64,000 bases of DNA from the NCBI GenBank assembly GCA_963719515.1, contig CAVRCJ010000019.1, positions 109,470-173,469 of the forward strand. The letters run 5' to 3'. The position numbers were made by a program, and so were the translations under genes. The DNA is from an uncultured cyanobacterium (GTDB lineage: Bacteria > Cyanobacteriota > Cyanobacteriia > CAKZMO01). The notes below the pieces were generated by a model. That model ran no database searches, had not been told where the DNA came from, and saw only the letters and a program-made list of their open reading frames with translations. Shown piece after piece: positions 20,958 to 32,315 of this stretch. Within the stretch, counting starts at the first letter, position 1; every line of letters begins with the position of its first letter.

Positions 20958-23735
20958 ATGAGCGGGCAACCGATCGATAGGCAGCTAAGCGCACTGGGGC
21001 GAACGCTTCAGGTGCTTCGGGATGAGAATAGCAAGACTGCTCAGATTGACCACGTTATCGCTCATATCGACGCAGAGTTTGACTACGCCCTAATTTGGGT
21101 GGGGCTATACGACCGTCCCACTCAACAGATGTTTGGTCAAGGGGGGCGATCGCCCACGCGCGACCCGCAGCCGTTAACTCAAGACTTTGCCCTTGTGCCA
21201 GGAAGCCTGCTTGAGCAGGTGGTCGTGCAGCAGCGGCCCGTGGGGTTGCCCAACCTACAAGATGAGTTTCGCGCTGGGCGGTGGCAAAAAATTGCCAAGC
21301 GTCTGGGCATTCAGGGGACCTTGGCGTTTCCCATTCGCCACAAAAACACCTGTCTTGGCGTGGCGCTATTGGGGGTCACTTACTGGGGTGTCCCTGCACA
21401 GTCGAGCGACAAGGCCCGGCTCTCAATGCTTTTTGGGGAGCTTGGTGCGGCATTAAACCGCATCGACATGGCCTACCAGCGCGGTCAAATTAAGCAAACC
21501 GCAGCCCCCCTACTGTCTCTGCTGTCGGAGCTCGGCCATCTGCCTTCAGTAGAGAGCCGCCTTGCTGCTATCACCCGCGAAACCCACCAGTTTGTTGGTG
21601 CGAGCCGCACCTACATCTACTGGCTCGACTACGAGAGCCGTCTATTTGGGCATCGAATGGGGCAACCGGGAAGTCGTCAGGTTACGAAAACCAGCTTGAA
21701 CAAGCTGAGTCCAGCCCCACCTGCCCAAATTTTCGTTCAGGAGGCCGGTCCGTTCTACCAAAGTCTGACGGCCAACAGTCTGATTGCAATCAGCGACGCC
21801 AACAGCGCTGTACAGACGGAGAACGTGGGCCAGCTCATGTCAAAGTTGCGGATTCAGTCTTTTCTAGCGGCTCCTATTATGTTCCAGGGGGAGCTCTTAG
21901 GATTTTTGGGCGTAGACGGCAAAGCGCCTCGACTATGGACTGGAGAAGAAAAGGCCTACCTCTGTGGGGCGGCTCAGCTGGCGAGTCTCGTTGCCCCACT
22001 GGATGGAGCCGAGCAGGTCGTGACTCAAATTCAGCAAAACCAAGCGCTGGTCGCTGAAGTCTCCCACGCCATTTACAGCCGTGAGGACTGGAGTCAGGTA
22101 CTGCAGGACTGCAGCGATCGCTTGGTCGAGCGGCTCAACGTCAAGCGAGTGTGGGTCTTGACCTACCGTGAGCAGCAGGAGCGGTTTATCGTCATGTACG
22201 AGCACGGCAAGGGGGCCTCTGTGGCCAGTCCCCTGGACGCTTTGGACAAAATTGACTGGCAAATGCTAGAGCACAGCCAAAGCGCAGTGAGCGTTGAAGA
22301 CGTCGACGACGAGCTGAAGCTAATGGCCTGGCGGGACGCCTTTCTCAATATTGGGGTGCGATCGCTTTTGGTTTGTCATACCGCCATTGGCAGTCCCCTG
22401 AAGGGACTGCTGGTGGTTGGGGATGACCACGCCCGCGTGTGGAATTCTATTGAGCAGGATTTGCTGCGGGCGGCCGGGCAGCAGATTGGGTTAGTTCTAC
22501 GTCAATTTCAGCTCTACGGCGAAATTGAACAGCAGCAGCATATCTATGACTCAATCAAAAGCAGTCTGGATATCATGCATGAGACGCAGCAGCTCAGTAC
22601 GCTGGAGCAGACGGCGGTCAAGCATGTTGCCGCACTGACCCAAGTGCCCCTGGCCGCGCTGATCACCTGGTGTCCTGGGCAGTCAGTCGCTCAGGTCTCA
22701 GCCATTGCGATCGCCAACCACCGCTTTGAGATTCAGCCAGAGGCTCAAGTTGATATTCACACAGACCCTCTGCTGAAGCGGGGACTCGAGCAGCAGGGGA
22801 TCGTGCGGTTGAGTCAGCAGCAGCTCTCGATAGAAACCCGGCGCTGGCTCGTGGGACAAGACATCGGACAGCTGCTGGCCGTTGCGCTCAGAACGACGGT
22901 GGACTATAGCCCCAGCGGCTTGCTTTTAATTGCTGATGGTTCGGAGCGGCTTTGGCTTGACCGACAGGTCAAAACCCTTGAAATTCTGTGTGGTCAGCTC
23001 GCTTGGGCGAGGCGATATCTGACGCTTACCGAGACCCTTACTGCCCAGCGGCAGCAGCTAGAGCTGCTCAACTGGTATAAGCATCGGCGACTAGAGGACC
23101 TGTATCGCTCGGTAACTCAGCACACGGCTCAGCTCACTGAGCTGAGTCACCAAAAAGATGCGTTGGCCAGCATGCGCTACCACCAAGCGGTGCGAAATTT
23201 GGGCGGGTCGCTAAAGCGGACGCAGCCTGTGGTCACAGATGAAAAGTGGCAACTGCAGTCCAAAGAGACGCTCTTGCCGCTAGTGACGCTGCTCAAGCGG
23301 GCCAAAGAACGGATTGAGCCCTGGATAGAGAGACAAAAGCTCTGGATCCAGATTCACAATACCCACACCCTGAGCATCAGCTCGGACAGCCAAAAAATTG
23401 AGCTGGTGCTGCATGAAGCCTTGACTGCCGCCTGCGAGCGATCGCCCGAGAGGGGGCGAATCGATATTTGGTGTCGTCCACTCGATTTTCACTGGCTGGA
23501 AATCATTGTTACGGACTACGGCAGTATTCAACCTAGCCTTCTAGAGGCGCTTCGCAATGGTCGAGACGCCGATCTGCTGGTCGCTTCACCGCTAGATCAC
23601 CCCCCGGGACTACACCTTGCCATTAGTCAGTCCTTGATGCAGCAGTTTGGCGGAGAGCTGAGCTTCTACCCCCTTGAGGATGGCCGCACCGTGAGCCGAC
23701 TGCTGGTTCCCATTGCCACCGGGGGGAAAGCCTAG
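20958..23735 (+). CDS. Multi-GAF domain protein with degenerate HATPase-like C-terminus
   Basis: About four GAF-like segments (LAFPI, FLAAPI..GELLGFL..RLWT, RSLL..GLLVV..RVW, GLLLIAD..RLW); C-terminal [21 protein letters not shown]. Confidence 0.8.
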   Translation: MSGQPIDRQLSALGRTLQVLRDENSKTAQIDHVIAHIDAEFDYALIWVGLYDRPTQQMFGQGGRSPTRDPQPLTQDFALVPGSLLEQVVVQQRPVGLPNLQDEFRAGRWQKIAKRLGIQGTLAFPIRHKNTCLGVALLGVTYWGVPAQSSDKARLSMLFGELGAALNRIDMAYQRGQIKQTAAPLLSLLSELGHLPSVESRLAAITRETHQFVGASRTYIYWLDYESRLFGHRMGQPGSRQVTKTSLNKLSPAPPAQIFVQEAGPFYQSLTANSLIAISDANSAVQTENVGQLMSKLRIQSFLAAPIMFQGELLGFLGVDGKAPRLWTGEEKAYLCGAAQLASLVAPLDGAEQVVTQIQQNQALVAEVSHAIYSREDWSQVLQDCSDRLVERLNVKRVWVLTYREQQERFIVMYEHGKGASVASPLDALDKIDWQMLEHSQSAVSVEDVDDELKLMAWRDAFLNIGVRSLLVCHTAIGSPLKGLLVVGDDHARVWNSIEQDLLRAAGQQIGLVLRQFQLYGEIEQQQHIYDSIKSSLDIMHETQQLSTLEQTAVKHVAALTQVPLAALITWCPGQSVAQVSAIAIANHRFEIQPEAQVDIHTDPLLKRGLEQQGIVRLSQQQLSIETRRWLVGQDIGQLLAVALRTTVDYSPSGLLLIADGSERLWLDRQVKTLEILCGQLAWARRYLTLTETLTAQRQQLELLNWYKHRRLEDLYRSVTQHTAQLTELSHQKDALASMRYHQAVRNLGGSLKRTQPVVTDEKWQLQSKETLLPLVTLLKRAKERIEPWIERQKLWIQIHNTHTLSISSDSQKIELVLHEALTAACERSPERGRIDIWCRPLDFHWLEIIVTDYGSIQPSLLEALRNGRDADLLVASPLDHPPGLHLAISQSLMQQFGGELSFYPLEDGRTVSRLLVPIATGGKA

Positions 23736-26548
23736 ACCGCCTCAGAGGCCGCTGGCGTCGCCGTTTGCTGCGGCTGCGGCTGAAACTGGAATAGAGAGTA
23801 GACGACGTTTCGGCGAATGTCGGTCATCATGGCGAGGAACAGCTCGTAGCCCTCGCTCTTATACTCCACCAGCGGATCCTGCTGACCATAGCCCCGCAGC
23901 CCTACCGACTCCCGTAGGGCATCCATCTGCTGCAGGTGCTCCCGCCACAGCGAGTCGATTTGCTGGAGGATGAAGAACCGCTCCGCCTGGCGCATGAAGC
24001 CGGGCTTAATAGACTCCACTTGGGCTTCCTTGACGTCATAGGCAATCCGCACCTGCTCGTGCAGGAAGGTCTTCATTTCACTGACGGTTAGGTTCTCGAT
24101 GTGGGAAGGCTCCATGTCGGCGAGCAGATAGACGAACTCCTTCACCTTGGCGACCAGCTTGTCCAGCTGCCATTCTTCGGGCGGTAGCTCGGGGTTGACG
24201 TAGGCCTCAACGATGTCGTCCATCGTCTGCTCGGCGTACTTGATCACCTGCTCTTTGAGGTCTTGGCCTTCCAGCACGCGGCGACGCTCGGCGTAGATGG
24301 CGCGGCGCTGGTTGTTCATCACCTCGTCGTACTCGAACACCTGCTTTCGCATGTCGTAGTAGTAGGTCTCGACCTTCTTCTGCGCCCCCTCCAAAGAGCG
24401 GGTCAAGAAGCCGGACTCGATGGGCATGTCCTCCTCGACGCGGAAGGCGTTCATCAGCCCTGCGACGCGATCGCCGCCAAAAATTCGCAGCAGGTTGTCC
24501 TGCAGACTCAGGAAAAAGCGCGTCGAGCCTGGGTCTCCCTGACGACCGGCGCGGCCCCGCAGCTGGTTGTCGACCCGGCGCGATTCGTGACGCTCGGTGC
24601 CTATGACATGCAGGCCCCCCAGCTGAATCACCTCTTCGTGCTCTGCCTCCGTGTAGCCGTCATACTGCTTGCGGATGGCGTTGTAGGAGTCTCGCAGCTT
24701 CGCAATGACCGGGTCTTCCGTGGGCGCTTTCTCAGCGGCGGTAGCCACCTTGTCCTCTGCCTCTAGCTCCGGCAGCGATCGCTCCCCGTACTGCTTGGCG
24801 GCAAAGTCCACAGCCGCTTTGAGCTGCTTTTCCAGCTCCGGCGACACCTCGGTCGGATAGATCTGGGGTGACACCTTCCAGGTTTTTTCTTTGCCCTTGC
24901 CGTCCGCGTCAAAGCCTTTGCTGCTGTTGCGGCGGCTCGCCCCAGCCACCTTGGTGACTGAGAAGCCCTCGTCCTCCGGCTGCACAATGCGCGGCATAAA
25001 GTACTCCCGCACCTTGAGCCGGGCCATGTAGTCCGAGTTGCCCCCCAAAATGATGTCCGTACCCCGGCCCGCCATATTGGTGGCGATAGTCACCGCCTCT
25101 TTACGCCCGGCCTGAGCCACAATCTCCGACTCCCGCTCCACGTTTTCCGGCTTGGCGTTCAGCAGGTTATGCTCCACGTCCAGCTCGCTCAACAGTTGGG
25201 AGAGCAGCTCCGATTTTTCGACACTGGTGGTGCCCACCAGTACAGGACGGCCATCGCGGTGCATATCGGCACATTCTTGAGCCACCGCCGCCCACTTCGC
25301 ATCCTCGGTTTTATACACCACATCCGACAAGTCGGCGCGGCCCGTAGGACGATTGGTGGGGATAATTGTCACCTCGAGGTTATAGATCTTGCCGAATTCT
25401 GCCTCTTCCGTTTTGGCAGTACCCGTCATGCCCGCTAGTTTGGGGTAGAGCAGGAAGAAGTTTTGGTAGGTGATGGTGGCCATGGTCTGGGTCTCGGGCT
25501 GGATCTCCACCCGCTCCTTGGCCTCGATGGCTTGGTGTAGGCCGTCGCTCCACCGCCGTCCCGGCATCACTCGCCCGGTAAATTCATCGACAATCACCAC
25601 CTCGTCATTGCGGACAATGTAGTTGACGTCTTTGATGAACAGCTCCTTGGCCTTCACCGCATTGAACATGTAGTGAGCCCAGGGATCCTTGGGGTCGAAC
25701 AGGTCGGTAACCCCCAAAATATTTTCGGCCTCGATGTAGCCTTCGTCCGCCAGCAGCACGTTGCGGGCCTTCTCATCTACCTCGTAGTGCCCCGACTCGT
25801 CGTCCTCGTCGGCTTTACGCTGTAGGGCCGACGCCACCTGGGCCGCCTTCACGTACTTCTCGCTGGGATTGTTCACCTGACCAGAAATAATCAGCGGCGT
25901 TCGGGCCTCATCTACCAGCACCGAATCCACTTCATCGATGATGCAGTAGTTAAACGATCGCTGCACCACGTCATCTGCTGACGTGGCCATGTTGTCCCGC
26001 AGGTAGTCAAACCCCAGCTCGCTGTTGGTGCCGTAGGTGATGTCGCAGGCGTAGTTCTTGCGGCGCTCCGGCGGGCTCATGCCTTGCTGAATCAGGCCGA
26101 CGCTTAGGCCCAAAAAGCGGTGGACCTGGCCCATCCATTCGGCGTCCCGCCGCGCCAGGTAGTCGTTGACGGTGACGACGTGAACGCCCTTGCCCTCTAG
26201 CGCATTGAGGTAAGCGGGTAGGGTGGAGACCAGGGTCTTTCCTTCCCCCGTTTTCATCTCGGCGATTTGCCCTTCATGGAGCACCATGCCGCCCACCAGC
26301 TGCACGTCGTAGTGGCGCATGCCGAGCACTCGCCGGGCTGCCTCCCGCACTACGGCAAAGGCTTCGGGCAGCAGGTCGTCTAGAGATTCGCCCTTCTCGA
26401 TCCGCTGCCTAAACTCGTTTGTTTTGTCCGCTAGCGCGTCGTCAGAGAGAGGCTGTACCTCTTCTTCTAGCAAATTGATTTCAACCACGTCGGGCCGATA
26501 TCGCTTTAGCTTTCGCGCGTTTGGATCGCCAAGCAGCTTTTTTAGCAT
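23732..26548 (-). CDS. secA: Preprotein translocase ATPase SecA
   Basis: [45 protein letters not shown]; has the cyanobacterial-type insertion. Confidence 0.99.
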   Translation of the reverse strand: MLKKLLGDPNARKLKRYRPDVVEINLLEEEVQPLSDDALADKTNEFRQRIEKGESLDDLLPEAFAVVREAARRVLGMRHYDVQLVGGMVLHEGQIAEMKTGEGKTLVSTLPAYLNALEGKGVHVVTVNDYLARRDAEWMGQVHRFLGLSVGLIQQGMSPPERRKNYACDITYGTNSELGFDYLRDNMATSADDVVQRSFNYCIIDEVDSVLVDEARTPLIISGQVNNPSEKYVKAAQVASALQRKADEDDESGHYEVDEKARNVLLADEGYIEAENILGVTDLFDPKDPWAHYMFNAVKAKELFIKDVNYIVRNDEVVIVDEFTGRVMPGRRWSDGLHQAIEAKERVEIQPETQTMATITYQNFFLLYPKLAGMTGTAKTEEAEFGKIYNLEVTIIPTNRPTGRADLSDVVYKTEDAKWAAVAQECADMHRDGRPVLVGTTSVEKSELLSQLLSELDVEHNLLNAKPENVERESEIVAQAGRKEAVTIATNMAGRGTDIILGGNSDYMARLKVREYFMPRIVQPEDEGFSVTKVAGASRRNSSKGFDADGKGKEKTWKVSPQIYPTEVSPELEKQLKAAVDFAAKQYGERSLPELEAEDKVATAAEKAPTEDPVIAKLRDSYNAIRKQYDGYTEAEHEEVIQLGGLHVIGTERHESRRVDNQLRGRAGRQGDPGSTRFFLSLQDNLLRIFGGDRVAGLMNAFRVEEDMPIESGFLTRSLEGAQKKVETYYYDMRKQVFEYDEVMNNQRRAIYAERRRVLEGQDLKEQVIKYAEQTMDDIVEAYVNPELPPEEWQLDKLVAKVKEFVYLLADMEPSHIENLTVSEMKTFLHEQVRIAYDVKEAQVESIKPGFMRQAERFFILQQIDSLWREHLQQMDALRESVGLRGYGQQDPLVEYKSEGYELFLAMMTDIRRNVVYSLFQFQPQPQQTATPAASEAV

Positions 26549-26702
26549 GACCAAAAAGGGAAGATAAGGGTGAGAGGCATTGAACTATCAGGCGCTGGGT
26601 CAGCTCTAACGTGAGCTAAATCGCGCCTAACGTAATCCATTTAGTGTATCTCTTAGTGTAGCTCCATTGGCAGGGGGAAAGGCTGCTGCTGTAGGGAAAG
26701 CA

Positions 26703-27299
26703 CTACGGTGCGTCGGCCCAGTCTGCCGTCAGCTCTCGGAAGTTAAATAGGGTGGCTTGGGGATGACAGGTAACGCAGCCCTGCAGTCGAACAGGTTCGG
26801 TAAACTCGACTCGGGGATGGAGAGCCTTGAAGTAGCGCGAGTTTTCTAGGCGGAACGGCGGCAGCTCTTCGCCTTGAAGCGATCGCGAAAACTGCTGCAG
26901 ATACTGCCAAATTAGGAGTCGACCCGGATCGGTTGGGGGCGAAATCTGCAGGCCGTAGTGGCCCGGCTCCTCCAGAAGCCGCTGCCAGCTTTGGTCAGGC
27001 AGCACCGCTGGCGGTATGCCGATGTGGCAGGTGGCGCAGGCGTTGAGGTAGAGAGACTGGCCGAGCTGGTGCTCGGGCGGAACGGGGTCTACGGTACCCG
27101 TGACGACCGCCGCCTCGGACATCCCCCCTGAAGAGGGAACTTGAGCCACTGATGGCCTACCGCTGGAGGTGACGCTCAGGGCAAGCCCCAATCCAAGGCA
27201 GAGCAGTACGGTCCACAGCGGAAACTGCCGCAGCATGACTCGGCAAGCTCGCAGCAGCGCCCGAGGCCGCGAAGTGGAATTGGGGTGAGACTGTGACAC
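26703..27299 (-). CDS. Dihaem cytochrome c family protein
   Basis: Signal/TM segment, two CxxCH motifs (CATCH, CVTCH), LPDQSWQ..HYG; start uncertain. Confidence 0.85.
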   Translation of the reverse strand: MSQSHPNSTSRPRALLRACRVMLRQFPLWTVLLCLGLGLALSVTSSGRPSVAQVPSSGGMSEAAVVTGTVDPVPPEHQLGQSLYLNACATCHIGIPPAVLPDQSWQRLLEEPGHYGLQISPPTDPGRLLIWQYLQQFSRSLQGEELPPFRLENSRYFKALHPRVEFTEPVRLQGCVTCHPQATLFNFRELTADWADAP

Positions 27300-27323
27300 T
27301 GAATGACCTGCTTGTCTTTAGTC

Positions 27324-28965
27324 TCAATCTACCTGTTGGGGGCCGCCGCCGACTAGGGCTACCCCCATGGCATCTACCACCCGCTTCACGGGAATCACCT
27401 CTAACCCCACCCCCGATGGCAGCGTCATCGGGGGCACGATCGCCCGCCGAAACCCCAGCTTATCGGCCTCCCGCAGCCGCAGCTCCATTTGGGAGACGGG
27501 GCGCACCTGGCCCCCTAGCCCCACTTCACCAATGAGCACCGTTCCAGGATCGACGATGCGATCGCGGAAGCTGGCGGCCACCGCTACCGCCACGCCTAAG
27601 TCAGCGGCGGGCTCCCCCACGTTGAGACCGCCGGAGGAGGCAACGTAGGCGTCTAGCTTCGATAGCGGAATGCCCACTCGCTTTTCTAGCACCGCCAAAA
27701 TCTGCAGCAGCCGGTTGTACTCAATGCCGGTGGTGGCCCGCCGGGGGGAGGCGTAGCTGGTGGGGCTCACCAGAGGCCTGCAGCTCCACCAGCAGGGGGC
27801 GGGTGCCTTCGCAGGCGACGATGGTAGCGGTGCCGGGGGAGGGATCGTCTCCGGCGCTCAGAAACAGGGCTGACGGGTTGCTCACTTCGGTTAAGCCGCT
27901 GTCCGCCATCTCGAAAATGCCCAGCTCGTGGGTAGCCCCAAAGCGGTTTTTTACGGAGCGCAGCAGGCGATGGCTGGCGAAGCGATCGCCCTCGAAATAC
28001 AGCACCGTATCCACCAGGTGCTCTAGCACCTTGGGTCCGGCGATCGCCCCTTCCTTAGTGACATGGCCCACAATCAGTAGGGTAATGTTCTCCCGCTTGG
28101 CCAACCGCATCAGGGCCGACGTACATTCTCGCACCTGGGCCACCGAGCCAGGGGCAGAGGTCAGCTCGGAGAAATACAGCGCCTGAATACTGTCGATAAC
28201 GGCAATGGGGGGACGGAGGGTCTCTAGCTCAGCGAGCACGGCGTCTAGGTCTGTCTCGGGTAGGAGGTAGAGGTCGGGAGCCGCCAGGGTGGATTGGCGC
28301 GCAGCGGGCGCGTCGTCTCGGTCTTTGCCATTGGTCTCGCTGCTGTCGCCGCTGGCTTTACTGCTGGCCTTGCTGCTGGCTCTAGTCGCTTTACCGCACC
28401 GCTTTACCGGACTGCCGCTGGCGTGGCCCTGTGCGCCCTCAGCGCTATCCATCAGGGCCACCCCCAATCGCTGCCAGCGCAGCTTCACTTGCTGACTCGA
28501 CTCCTCCGCGCAGACGTAAAGAATGGGGTACTGACCCGACAGCCGTCCCGCCACCTGCAGCAGGAGAGTAGACTTGCCGATGCCAGGGTCTCCCCCCACC
28601 AGCACCAGAGACCCTGACACCAGGCCCCCTCCCAGCACCCGGTCTAGTTCGGAGTAGCCAGAGGAGAACCGCGCTCTCGGCCCCTCCTCTATTTGGTGCA
28701 GCGGCTGCGATCGCAAAGGTCGAGGCGTCAAGTCGGCGGCCCCGCCATTGAACGCGCCCCCACCGAACTTAGCGCCGCCAGACTTAGCGCCGGACCTAGC
28801 GCTGCTGGAGCTTATTCCTCGCCGCACCGCTTCCTTTTGGCTGGTGGCAGGCGCCGCTTCCTCCACCATGGAATTCCAGCTGTCGCAGGCTGGGCATTTT
28901 CCGAAGTACTGCGGCGCGTCGGCCCCGCACTCCCGGCAAACATATCGCGATCGCCCCTTTGGCAT
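27324..28965 (-). pseudogene. radA: DNA repair protein RadA/Sms, frameshifted in this sequence
   Basis: Zn finger CRECG..CPAC, GDPGIGKST and KNRFG in ORF 27721-28965; Lon-like C-terminus in ORF 27324-27770; one extra base near 27774. Confidence 0.9.
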
Positions 28966-29329
28966 CCTTAATCCTCTTCGAATTCGCTTAAAGCTAACGC
29001 CATGTAAGAAACGCGGCGTTGGTGAATTTTCCTGATGGCCGTCTTAAAGCAATAGGTAAGCTTTAAAAGCGTCATGTATCGTTGGTGTTTACTGCGAAAT
29101 ATTAAGCTTTGGCTCAAATCTCTGAGCCATATTCCCTATTTGCAACAAAGCTTAATAAACTCTGTGATCTAGCTATAGAGAGGTATCTAGCTTCATGAAA
29201 ATGCTGGCCTAGGGACATCCCTTAATGATAGGCTACAAAAAATTAATAGTCAGCAATTGATCAAGCGCTTTCGATCGAGCTGCCGTCTGTGTTGAGCTAA
29301 TGCCTTAAGTTGATGGAGCACTGAGAACA

Positions 29330-30058
29330 TTGGAAAACAAAGAGAAGATACTGGTCGTCGATGACGAAGCGAGCATTCGCCGCATCCTCGAAACTCGGCT
29401 ATCTATGATTGGCTACGACGTGGTCACAGCAGCTGATGGTGAGGAGGCCCTAGGGACGTTTCGCAATACTGAGCCAGACCTAGTGGTGCTGGACGTGATG
29501 ATGCCTAAGCTAGACGGCTATGGCGTTTGCCAAGAGCTGCGCAAAGAATCGGATGTGCCCATTATCATGCTGACGGCCTTGGGTGACGTGGCCGATCGGA
29601 TTACGGGGCTGGAGCTGGGGGCAGACGACTATGTCGTTAAGCCTTTTTCTCCCAAAGAGCTAGAGGCCCGCATCCGCTCCGTGCTGCGACGGGTAGACAA
29701 GATCGGCAACACCGGCATTCCCAGCTCGGGGATCATCCAGGTCAATGCCCTACGCATCGACACCAATAAGCGTCAGGTCTACAAGGGTAACGAGCGTATC
29801 CGGCTCACCGGCATGGAGTTTAGCCTGCTGGAGCTGCTGGTGGGTCGGTCGGGGGAGCCGTTTTCCCGCTCAGAAATCTTACAGGAGGTCTGGGGGTACA
29901 CCCCAGAACGCCATGTGGATACTCGGGTCGTGGATGTCCACATTTCTCGCCTCAGGGCTAAGCTTGAAGAAGACCCCAGCAACCCGGAGCTCATCCTTAC
30001 CGCTCGGGGAACCGGCTACCTATTTCAGCGGATTGTTGAACCGGGGGAAGAACCCTAG
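29330..30058 (+). CDS. rpaB: OmpR-family response regulator RpaB (Ycf27)
   Basis: KEKILVVDDEASIRRILETRLSMIGY, WGYTPERHVDTRVVDVHISRLR; TTG start with GGAG upstream; synteny with radA and plsX. Confidence 0.97.
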   Translation: MENKEKILVVDDEASIRRILETRLSMIGYDVVTAADGEEALGTFRNTEPDLVVLDVMMPKLDGYGVCQELRKESDVPIIMLTALGDVADRITGLELGADDYVVKPFSPKELEARIRSVLRRVDKIGNTGIPSSGIIQVNALRIDTNKRQVYKGNERIRLTGMEFSLLELLVGRSGEPFSRSEILQEVWGYTPERHVDTRVVDVHISRLRAKLEEDPSNPELILTARGTGYLFQRIVEPGEEP

Positions 30059-30149
30059 CGGCTCAATCTCAGCTTAGACTCACTAACGCATTGCGCTGTA
30101 GGCGGGGTACCATCTGCTAGAATCTTGTAGGTTTTTAGAGCATTGTCTA

Positions 30150-31190
30150 ATGGGGTCAACTCAGGCACGAATTGCAGTTGATGCAATGGGCGGCGATCTC
30201 GCGCCCGACGAAATTGTGGCAGGGGCACTTAGAGCGCGAGACGAACTTGGTGTTGACGTTCTGCTGGTTGGCGATCGCGACAAAATAGACCAGTCCCTCG
30301 AACACCATTCTGGAAAATCACGGCAGGGCGTTACGATCGTTCCCTCTGAAGGGCTCGTCGAGATGCACGAGGAGCCTCTAGTGGGGATTCGCCGTAAGCC
30401 TAAAGCCTCCATCAACGTTGCCATGTCGCTGGTCAAGCGAGGGGAAGCTGACGCCGTGATTTCGGCGGGGCATTCTGGGGCGGCGATGGCGGCAGCGCTG
30501 CTGAAACTGGGTCGCCTTAAGGGGATCGATCGGCCTGCTATTGGTGCCGTCCTGCCAACCCTGAGAGCGGGTAAATCGGTGTTGATTTTGGACGTGGGGG
30601 CCAACGTCGACTGCCGCCCGAAGTTTCTAGAACAGTTCGCCGTAATGGGCTCTGTCTACTCCCGCTGCGTCTTGGGCGTGAGCGATCCGAAGGTGGGCCT
30701 CCTCAACATTGGCGAAGAGCCCTCTAAGGGCAACGATCTCGCCCTCCAAACCCACGAGCTGCTCCAAGGCCGATCGGGGCTCTCTTTTGTGGGTAATGCC
30801 GAGGGCCGCGACATTCTCTCTGGAGACTTTGACGTGATGGTGTGCGACGGCTTCGTGGGCAACGTGCTGCTAAAGTTCGCTGAGGCCGTTGGCGATGTGC
30901 TGCTGCAGATTCTTCGGGAAGAGCTCCCTCAGGGCGTCCGGGGAAAGCTAGGCACTGCAATGCTTAAGCCCAACCTACGCCGCATCAAGCAGCGTGTCGA
31001 CCATGCAGAGCACGGCGGCGGCCTGCTTCTGGGGGTAGACGGCATCTGCATTATTAGCCACGGCAGCTCCCAAGCCCCCTCTATCTTCAACGCCATTAGG
31101 CTGGCGAAAGAGGCCATTGATAATCAGGTCCTCGACCAAATTCAAGGCTACTATCAGCAGGTGATTGCAGCAGCGGCTGACGGAAAGTAA
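30150..31190 (+). CDS. plsX: Phosphate acyltransferase PlsX
   Basis: IAVDAMGGD, LDVGANVD, LLNIGEE, DGFVGN, SHGSS. Confidence 0.97.
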   Translation: MGSTQARIAVDAMGGDLAPDEIVAGALRARDELGVDVLLVGDRDKIDQSLEHHSGKSRQGVTIVPSEGLVEMHEEPLVGIRRKPKASINVAMSLVKRGEADAVISAGHSGAAMAAALLKLGRLKGIDRPAIGAVLPTLRAGKSVLILDVGANVDCRPKFLEQFAVMGSVYSRCVLGVSDPKVGLLNIGEEPSKGNDLALQTHELLQGRSGLSFVGNAEGRDILSGDFDVMVCDGFVGNVLLKFAEAVGDVLLQILREELPQGVRGKLGTAMLKPNLRRIKQRVDHAEHGGGLLLGVDGICIISHGSSQAPSIFNAIRLAKEAIDNQVLDQIQGYYQQVIAAAADGK

Positions 31191-31196
31191 TGGTCA

Positions 31197-32222
31197 GTGG
31201 AGAATAATATGTCACAGCCTTTAAGCCGGGGCGTCGCCGTTACCGGATGTGGCTCAGCTTTGCCCAAGCTATCCCTATCCAACGACCAGCTGAGTCAAGT
31301 CGTCGAGACGTCCGATGAGTGGATCTCATCCCGCACCGGCATTCGTCGTCGCCAGGTCGTGGGGGAAGGCGAAACCCTAGGTAGCCTTGCTGCAGAAGCC
31401 GCCCGTCAGGCGCTGGCCATGGCCCAAGTGGATCCCCAAGCGGTAGACCTGATTTTGCTGGCCACCTCGACCCCCGACGACCTGTTTGGGTCTGCAAGCC
31501 AGGTTCAAGCTCAGCTGGGGGCCAGCCGAGCGGCGGCGTTTGATATCACAGCGGCCTGCTCGGGCTTCATTGTTGGGCTGACCACGGCGGCCCAGTTTAT
31601 CTACAGCGGCGCATACCAAACCATCGTTCTCATTGGCGCAGATACTCTATCTCGCTGGGTGGACTGGCGCGATCGCCGCACCTGCGTGCTGTTCGGAGAC
31701 GGCGCTGGTGCCGTTGTCCTGCAGACAGCTCCAGAGAACAGTCTGCTGGGGTTTGAGCTGCGCAGCGACGGCACTCAGAACAGCTGTCTGACCCTGCCCT
31801 ACCGCGCCCAGACCGAGGCGCTCTCGGAAGAGGTCGCTGTTCAGCAGGGGGGCTTCGAGTCCATCACGATGAATGGCCAGGAGGTCTATCGCTTTGCCGT
31901 CCGGCAGGTTCCCGAGGTCATCGAGAAGGCCACCTACCGGGCCGGATTGATCCTAGAGGACATCGACTGGCTTTTATTGCACCAGGCCAACCAGCGCATT
32001 TTGGACGCGGTGGCTAAGCGGCTCGGCATTGCTGGCGATCGCGTCATCAGCAACATGGCCGCCCACGGCAATACCTCAGCCGCTTCCATCCCCATCGCCC
32101 TTGATGAGTCAGTCCGTCAGGGCCGGGTCAAGCCGGGTGATATAATTGCTGCCGCTGGCTTTGGCGCAGGCTTGACCTGGGGGGCGATTCTATTTCGCTG
32201 GGGCAAAGGGCAGCCAGGGTAA
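31197..32222 (+). CDS. fabH: Beta-ketoacyl-ACP synthase III
   Basis: AACSGF, LFGDGAGA, HQAN, GNTSAAS; alternative ATG at 31209. Confidence 0.97.
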   Translation: MENNMSQPLSRGVAVTGCGSALPKLSLSNDQLSQVVETSDEWISSRTGIRRRQVVGEGETLGSLAAEAARQALAMAQVDPQAVDLILLATSTPDDLFGSASQVQAQLGASRAAAFDITAACSGFIVGLTTAAQFIYSGAYQTIVLIGADTLSRWVDWRDRRTCVLFGDGAGAVVLQTAPENSLLGFELRSDGTQNSCLTLPYRAQTEALSEEVAVQQGGFESITMNGQEVYRFAVRQVPEVIEKATYRAGLILEDIDWLLLHQANQRILDAVAKRLGIAGDRVISNMAAHGNTSAASIPIALDESVRQGRVKPGDIIAAAGFGAGLTWGAILFRWGKGQPG

Positions 32223-32315
32223 TTTCGCTGCTGCTTGGGTCATAGAGGGCCGAAGCGAGCGGAGCCCTGTCGTAACAACTGTTGTAAACCCGCTCAGGTG
32301 AACTGAGCATTGGCT

